A stretch of DNA of 30,282 bases, from positions 1 to 30,282 of the forward strand of contig JBHHYO010000030.1 of NCBI GenBank assembly GCA_046757665.1, written 5' to 3'. The stretch is from Nitrospinales bacterium. GTDB taxonomy: Bacteria > Nitrospinota > Nitrospinia > Nitrospinales > JAJDAT01. The notes beneath the pieces were generated by a model. That model did no database searches and had not been told where the DNA came from. It saw only the letters and a list, made by a program, of their open reading frames with translations. Positions within the stretch are counted from its first letter, which is position 1; every line of letters starts with the position of its first letter. Of this stretch, positions 23,886 through 30,282 are shown one piece after another. A program made the translations under genes and the position numbers.

Positions 23886-25202
23886 TCAGGCCTTGATGAT
23901 TTTATCGGAGTTAATATTGCGGCAGGCGTTGCGGGTGTCCACGACGATTTTGGAATCGGCGACGATTTTTTCGTAATCGTAGCGCGAATGGTCGGTCAAG
24001 ATCACCGTCAGGTCGAAGTCGGACAGATCGTCGAGAGGCACCTGTTTTTTCCCCACGAACCGCGGATAATCCCTTTTGGCGCCGATTTCCGGGACATACG
24101 GATCGTTATATTCGACGCACGCGCCGAAGCAGGTCAGCATATCCATGATTTTAAAACTGACGGATTCGCGGTCGTCATCGACGTCTTTTTTGTAGGCGAC
24201 GCCCAGGATCAGGATACGACTGCCGTTCAGGCTTTTCCCGGCCCGGTTCAGGCCGGTCAGTATTTTCCGGAAAACGTACTCGGGCATGGAAACGTTGATT
24301 TCGCCCGCCAGTTCGATAAACCGGGTTGGGATATCGTATTCCCTGGCTTTCCAGGCCAGGTAAAACGGGTCGATGGGGATGCAGTGCCCCCCCAGGCCGG
24401 GGCCGGGATAAAAGGGCATGTAACCGAACGGCTTGGTGGCGGCGGCGGCGACCACTTCCCAGACATCGATCCCCATGGCGTCCAGAATAATTTTCATTTC
24501 ATTGACCAGGGCGATGTTGACCGAGCGAAAGATATTTTCCATCAACTTGGTCGCCTCGGCGGTGCGGGTATCGGAAACCGGCACGGTTTTTTTGACGATG
24601 GACCGATAAAGCGCATCGGCGACAGCCAGTTCCTGCGCGGAATCCGCGCCCACCACCTTGGGAATCGTCGCTGTGGCGTACTGTTTGTTGTTCGGGTCCT
24701 CCCGCTCGGGAGAGTACGCGACGAAAAAATCCCGGCCCGCCTGCAACCCGGAGGCAGACTCCAGTTCCGGCGCCAGCACTTCCTGCGTCGTGCCGGGATA
24801 AGTGGTGGACTCCAGCACCACCAACTGGCCCTTGGCCAGGTACGGCGAAACCTGCCGGGCGGTGGAAACGATATAAGTCAGATTGGGAGACCGGTTGCGG
24901 TTCAAGGGTGTCGGCACGCAGATCAAAATGCAATCCCAACCCGAAACCGCGGCAAACTCCGTACCCAGTTCCAATCGGCCGCTTTCGACCAGCGGACGGA
25001 TGGCCTCGTCGGGAATGTGCCTGATATAACTTTGGCCCCTGGACAGCCGGGCGATTTTTTCCGGGTCGAGGTCCAGTCCGGCCACGGGAAACCCCGCCTT
25101 GCCGAACTCCAGCATCAGCGGCAGTCCCACATAGCCCAGCCCGATAACACCGATGCGTGCCTTTTTTTGCTTTATTTTTTCAATCAGCACGTTTTTTTCC
25201 AA
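23886..25202 (-). CDS. Nucleotide-sugar (UDP-GlcNAc-type, WbpA-like) 6-dehydrogenase
   Basis: GLGYVGLP, ICVPTP, LESTTYPGTT, SPEREDP, GGHCIPIDP and DDRES motifs; TTG start. Confidence 0.95.
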   Translation of the reverse strand: MEKNVLIEKIKQKKARIGVIGLGYVGLPLMLEFGKAGFPVAGLDLDPEKIARLSRGQSYIRHIPDEAIRPLVESGRLELGTEFAAVSGWDCILICVPTPLNRNRSPNLTYIVSTARQVSPYLAKGQLVVLESTTYPGTTQEVLAPELESASGLQAGRDFFVAYSPEREDPNNKQYATATIPKVVGADSAQELAVADALYRSIVKKTVPVSDTRTAEATKLMENIFRSVNIALVNEMKIILDAMGIDVWEVVAAAATKPFGYMPFYPGPGLGGHCIPIDPFYLAWKAREYDIPTRFIELAGEINVSMPEYVFRKILTGLNRAGKSLNGSRILILGVAYKKDVDDDRESVSFKIMDMLTCFGACVEYNDPYVPEIGAKRDYPRFVGKKQVPLDDLSDFDLTVILTDHSRYDYEKIVADSKIVVDTRNACRNINSDKIIKA

Positions 25203-26016
25203 TAGCCCAAATATTGTTGCTGAACATATAATTCAACGGCGGGACCAAGGAGACAGGGAAAGCGTGGCAAACGACCTGGCGGCAAACTTCCATCACTTGC
25301 ATGACTGCGGAATCTTTTTTCACCGGCAGAACGTATTCAGAACCAAGCCAGATTTTAGGCTGAAAACCGGCAGTCACAAAATATTTTTTCAGGCTCACAA
25401 CCGTGTGCTCGTTCACATGAACCTTCAAATCCATTTCGTTGCGGATGGGCCGCGTTAACAGGTTTTGCCCAAAAAATTTATTAAGAAATTTGTTAATTGG
25501 CCTTTCCCACAGGGGATAACCGATGTCGTTGTACCACCGGTTTGGCGAGGTATGAACGATCAGTCTGCCGCCGGTTTGCAACACCCGGTGGCATTCCAAA
25601 AACGTCCGGCGCAACTGATCGGGATACAAATGCTCCGCGATGTCCATCATAAACACGCAATTAAACGTCTGACCGGAAAACCCCAGCCGGGTGGCATCAG
25701 AACGCAACAGCTTGATGTTCTTTTGCCCCTGTTTCGGCCTCTGGTCGAGCGCTTTTTTGGCGATTTCGACGGCGCCGGCGGCATAATCGATCCCCACCAC
25801 GTCAGCGCCAGCCTCAGCCAAAGCAAGGGCCAAGTCGCCTCGACCGCACCCCAGGTCAAGCACACGGTCGCCTTCCCGGAGATTCGACAACCGAACGGCT
25901 TTCAAAAATTTCGGCGCCGTTTGATTTGCCTGAAAATAATCCGCACCATCCGTCGCCTCAAAATACTCTTTATCGTAGACGCTCGAGTCGACGGTTTGAT
26001 TTTCCTGGTCACGCAT
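25180..26016 (-). CDS. Class I SAM-dependent methyltransferase
   Basis: VLDLGCGRG, GIDY, DIAEHL and RVLQTGG motifs. Start trimmed to MRDQEN (26016), just after the HNH stop. Confidence 0.9.
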   Translation of the reverse strand: MRDQENQTVDSSVYDKEYFEATDGADYFQANQTAPKFLKAVRLSNLREGDRVLDLGCGRGDLALALAEAGADVVGIDYAAGAVEIAKKALDQRPKQGQKNIKLLRSDATRLGFSGQTFNCVFMMDIAEHLYPDQLRRTFLECHRVLQTGGRLIVHTSPNRWYNDIGYPLWERPINKFLNKFFGQNLLTRPIRNEMDLKVHVNEHTVVSLKKYFVTAGFQPKIWLGSEYVLPVKKDSAVMQVMEVCRQVVCHAFPVSLVPPLNYMFSNNIWAIGKKRAD

Positions 26017-26020
26017 CTTT

Positions 26021-26392
26021 TTAAAAAACGATTTCCTCGTTGAAATGATTTTGCAGGATGATTTCGGCGGGCGTGTAATATTTTTTGTCGTGGTTGCAGG
26101 GCCGGCAGGAGACGACGACATTGCCCTTGACGCTTCTTCCTCCCCGGGCCAAGGGGACGACATGGTCCATCGTCAGTTCGGAGCGGGGGAATTTTTTGCC
26201 GCAGTAGTGGCACGTGCCGGCGCTCAGCTTGGCCTGCCACCATTGCGATTTCTTCAATTTCCAGACTTTTTCTTTCTCACGGCGGATTAGCCGGACGGGT
26301 GGTTTTTCCAAAATGGTCGCCATGACGGGTCCGGGCATGGATTCTGAAACCGCCGACTCCACCGGCGTCTCAAAATTTCGGATTCCCATCAT
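26021..26392 (-). CDS. HNH endonuclease-family protein
   Basis: CHYCG...LTMDHVVPLARGG...NVVVSCRPCN. Start may be 26323. Confidence 0.92.
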   Translation of the reverse strand: MMGIRNFETPVESAVSESMPGPVMATILEKPPVRLIRREKEKVWKLKKSQWWQAKLSAGTCHYCGKKFPRSELTMDHVVPLARGGRSVKGNVVVSCRPCNHDKKYYTPAEIILQNHFNEEIVF

Positions 26393-26849
26393 CCTTTCTC
26401 TTTAAGTTATAAAACGACAACAGCTTAAACTGGTTCATCTCAAGCCGTACGGCACGCACGGAAGCCGACTCGCTACCCCGGGGATACCAACGGATGTCGC
26501 CCACGTCGAACTCGAAAGCCAGCGCCGCCGACAAGCGCGTCCGACTGGTCCAAAAACAACTGCCGTAACTGAACTCGAACAACGGGTCGATGTGCAAGGT
26601 GTACCGTCTGCCGCGGGACTCGAAGGTCTTGCCCAGCTCATAGATGCTTTGAACCTCCATTCTGCCGGGCATCCGCCAGTCGTCGTAACCGCCGAGTCTT
26701 TTCCGGTTCAACTCGCGGACGTAATCCTCGGCCTCGTACCAGCTCAGGTAGTTGCCGTTTTGCGCGTACGAGTCGCTCTCCTGCCACATCAATCCGGTGA
26801 AACGGTCGGTAATCGTCCCGTCATCGTTGTCAGCGTAGCGGTCGGACAT
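26370..26849 (-). CDS. DUF1566 (Lcl C-terminal) domain protein
   Basis: DNDDGTITDRFTGLMWQ, GGYDDWRMP, FWTS and VRAVR motifs. Confidence 0.9.
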   Translation of the reverse strand: MSDRYADNDDGTITDRFTGLMWQESDSYAQNGNYLSWYEAEDYVRELNRKRLGGYDDWRMPGRMEVQSIYELGKTFESRGRRYTLHIDPLFEFSYGSCFWTSRTRLSAALAFEFDVGDIRWYPRGSESASVRAVRLEMNQFKLLSFYNLKRKDDGNPKF

Positions 26850-26973
26850 GGACCCGATTCAGCAAAAACAGCGCTTTTTCTTTCGCCTCAAAACGGCGGG
26901 ACCGGCGCGCCGAACGGCGGCCAGCCCGACTCTTTAGGTTTACCATATGAACAGAATACCGTCAAAACGAATT

Positions 26974-27288
26974 TTACGCAAACGTGTAGCCGCATTCCTC
27001 GACATCGTCCCTCTCCCAGGGATAACGATAACACAGAAGAGGTTTTTGCGGCGTGTTATGAACCCGGCACCGGTTGTCCGGCGTCAGTTGCCGGCAAGGA
27101 ACATCGAGGGAATAAAAAAGAAGGTTGTTTTTTTCGTCCTCCCCCACCACCCGAATCCCCCGGTAGGAAAGGTAAAGTTTCAATTCGTCCAGGCTTCGAT
27201 GTTGCGCCAGGGCGACATCCCGCACGGCGGTGATGTTCACGGTTTGACAACATACGCCGCACCGCGTGCATTCTCCCATTCGGTTCAT
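26974..27288 (-). CDS. YkgJ-family cysteine-cluster (CxxCxxCC) protein
   Basis: CTRCGVCC...CRQL...CRVH...KPLLCYRYP. Start 27288 or 27333. Confidence 0.85.
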   Translation of the reverse strand: MNRMGECTRCGVCCQTVNITAVRDVALAQHRSLDELKLYLSYRGIRVVGEDEKNNLLFYSLDVPCRQLTPDNRCRVHNTPQKPLLCYRYPWERDDVEECGYTFA

Positions 27289-27377
27289 TTTCCAAAAATC
27301 TCCCGATAAGCGTTGCCGGGCGGATGAAATCATTGTTCCGCCACTGTGGCGAGTTTGAAATGGTTTGCCGCCGGATT

Positions 27378-27770
27378 TTATCCCGGTTTTTTCCGGAGCG
27401 GTTTTTTGCGTTTCCTCGGCGCCTGATACTCGGCGGTCACCGTCGTGTGGATTCCGCCGCGCACATAAAAATCCCCTGCCACCGTCATTTTTCTGGGCTT
27501 GCAGGCAGAGGCCAGGTCGTCGAGAATTTTGTTGACCACCGCCTCGTGAAACGCCCCCTCGTTCCGGTAAGACCACAAATATAACTTCAATGATTTCAAT
27601 TCAATACATAGACGATCGGGCACGTAGCAGATGTCCAGGACGGCAAAATCCGGCTGGCCGGTGCGGGGGCACAGGCAGGTGAACTCCGGGCACTCCATGT
27701 GGATTTCATAATCCCTTTCCGGATTGGGATTGAGGAACATCTCCAACTTTTTTTCCGGCTTTTTTTTCAT
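27378..27770 (-). CDS. queF: NADPH-dependent 7-cyano-7-deazaguanine reductase (type I)
   Basis: [26 protein letters not shown] and RGGI motifs. Confidence 0.96.
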   Translation of the reverse strand: MKKKPEKKLEMFLNPNPERDYEIHMECPEFTCLCPRTGQPDFAVLDICYVPDRLCIELKSLKLYLWSYRNEGAFHEAVVNKILDDLASACKPRKMTVAGDFYVRGGIHTTVTAEYQAPRKRKKPLRKKPG

Positions 27771-27867
27771 CCCGCCATTCCGCTCGATTTTTCTCCGCCT
27801 GATCCCGGCTTTTCCGACCCGGTTTCGTCAAAAATCAAAAAAAATGCAATTTTTTTCGGATCGGAAC

Positions 27868-27895
27868 TTGCTTTTTCAAAAATCGGTCTTATTAT
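27868..27895 (+). promoter_or_regulatory. Putative sigma70 promoter of groES-groEL
   Basis: TTGCTT-N16-TATTAT immediately upstream of the CIRCE. Confidence 0.5.
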
Positions 27896-27903
27896 TTTAA
27901 CTA

Positions 27904-27930
27904 CTAGCACTCACCACAAAAGAGTGCCAA
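27904..27930. promoter_or_regulatory. CIRCE operator (HrcA binding site)
   Basis: CTAGCACTC-ACCACAAAA-GAGTGCCAA versus consensus TTAGCACTC-N9-GAGTGCTAA, upstream of groES. Confidence 0.93.
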
Positions 27931-28087
27931 TAATCTGTTTTCCCATGATTTTCAGGTTCCAAGGGCTCGCAGTGGAGGGGTAAAAGCCTTTTTCAACCGC
28001 GATATCCAACGAAAAAAGCCCCAACGGCCCAATCAGGGTCACAAGTGGCTTAAGTTTAACATTTTTTTCATTCAAAAGGAGATGTTT

Positions 28088-28378
28088 ATGAAAATTCGTC
28101 CTTTGCAAGATCGGATTCTTGTCCAGCCCATCCTTGAAAAGGAAGTCATGAAAGGTGGAATTATTATTCCTGATTCCGCCAAGGAAAAACCCATCGAAGG
28201 CCGCGTCAAGGCCGTCGGCGAAGGGAAAGTCAACGAAAACGGATCCCGCACCAAGCCCGAACTGAAAGTGGGCGACAAGGTTCTTTACGGCAAATATGCC
28301 GGCACGGAAATCAAGGTGGATGGCGAAGATTACCTGCTCATGCGGGAAGACGACGTTCTCGGTATTATCGAAAAGTAA
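28088..28378 (+). CDS. groES: Co-chaperonin GroES
   Basis: [25 protein letters not shown] and KYAGTEIK motifs; AGGAG RBS 6 nt before ATG 28088. Confidence 0.98.
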   Translation: MKIRPLQDRILVQPILEKEVMKGGIIIPDSAKEKPIEGRVKAVGEGKVNENGSRTKPELKVGDKVLYGKYAGTEIKVDGEDYLLMREDDVLGIIEK

Positions 28379-28421
28379 ACCGACCCTTCACAAACCGATT
28401 CAAACCATTTTCCAAATATAA

Positions 28422-30086
<1,665 letters not shown>

Positions 30087-30141
30087 CGGCGTCGCGACGC
30101 CGCAGAGGTTGAGCATTTGTCACCCTGCTCGAATCAACACC

Positions 30142-30172
30142 AAAACCCCGGCCCCAGGGCCGGGGTTTTTTT
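30142..30172 (+). terminator. Intrinsic terminator of the groESL operon
   Basis: AAAACCCCGGCC-CCAG-GGCCGGGGTTTTTTT. Confidence 0.92.
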
Positions 30173-30282
30173 AATTTAACAGAAGGTCAAGAGATGCCAG
30201 GAAAAAGGCGAGTTACCGAAACCGCTGAATTTAACTCTAGTTTTGCATTTTTTTAAGCAAGTTTATGGCATAAAAAAAGCTC

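Noticed and set aside
26021-27770. queF + HNH + methyltransferase as a 7-deazaguanine DNA-modification/restriction system
   Set aside because: No dpdA/tgt-like transglycosylase or queCDE/folE in the window; QueF is a canonical tRNA-queuosine enzyme.
27771-27860. preQ1 riboswitch upstream of queF
   Set aside because: No recognisable preQ1-I stem-loop plus A-rich tail on the minus strand; a cmscan search would settle it.
30266-30280. Sigma54-like TGGCAT-N7-GC at the window end
   Set aside because: GG-N10-GC spacing fits, but the -12 element lacks TT and the downstream gene is outside the window.

Overview
A 30-kb bacterial chromosomal window, mostly on the minus strand. Gene content and protein style suggest Nitrospinota (Nitrospina-like); this is inference, not a database result. 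Left to right: the 3' end of a WD40/multiheme cytochrome c fusion; a DUF4399 protein; an AT-rich orphan divergent from an XRE-S24 (CI/LexA-like) repressor with a palindromic operator; a DUF2946 (CruR-like, CxxC...RGPP) leader in front of a His-rich putative outer-membrane barrel; a B12-binding radical SAM enzyme and a cupin; tRNA-Pro(GGG); a HEPN/MNT toxin-antitoxin pair; dtd; a 57-aa Cys-rich protein missing from the ORF track; yjbQ; a tandem TerB protein; an FG-GAP lipoprotein; an MBL hydrolase; a lipoate ligase-family enzyme; a two-component operon (exported helical-repeat protein, HAMP-PAS kinase, and a response regulator fused to a PAS domain and an intact beta-carbonic anhydrase); a phage-CI-type HTH; methyltransferases; an ArnT-like glycosyltransferase; a degenerate-PIN/DegT aminotransferase fusion; a WbpA-like dehydrogenase; HNH, DUF1566 and YkgJ proteins; queF; and CIRCE-controlled groES-groEL. 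A 174-bp MITE-like element with a target-site duplication and a partial second copy are present. The most striking item is the REC-PAS-carbonic anhydrase, followed by the putative metal-sensing ribosome-stalling leader.
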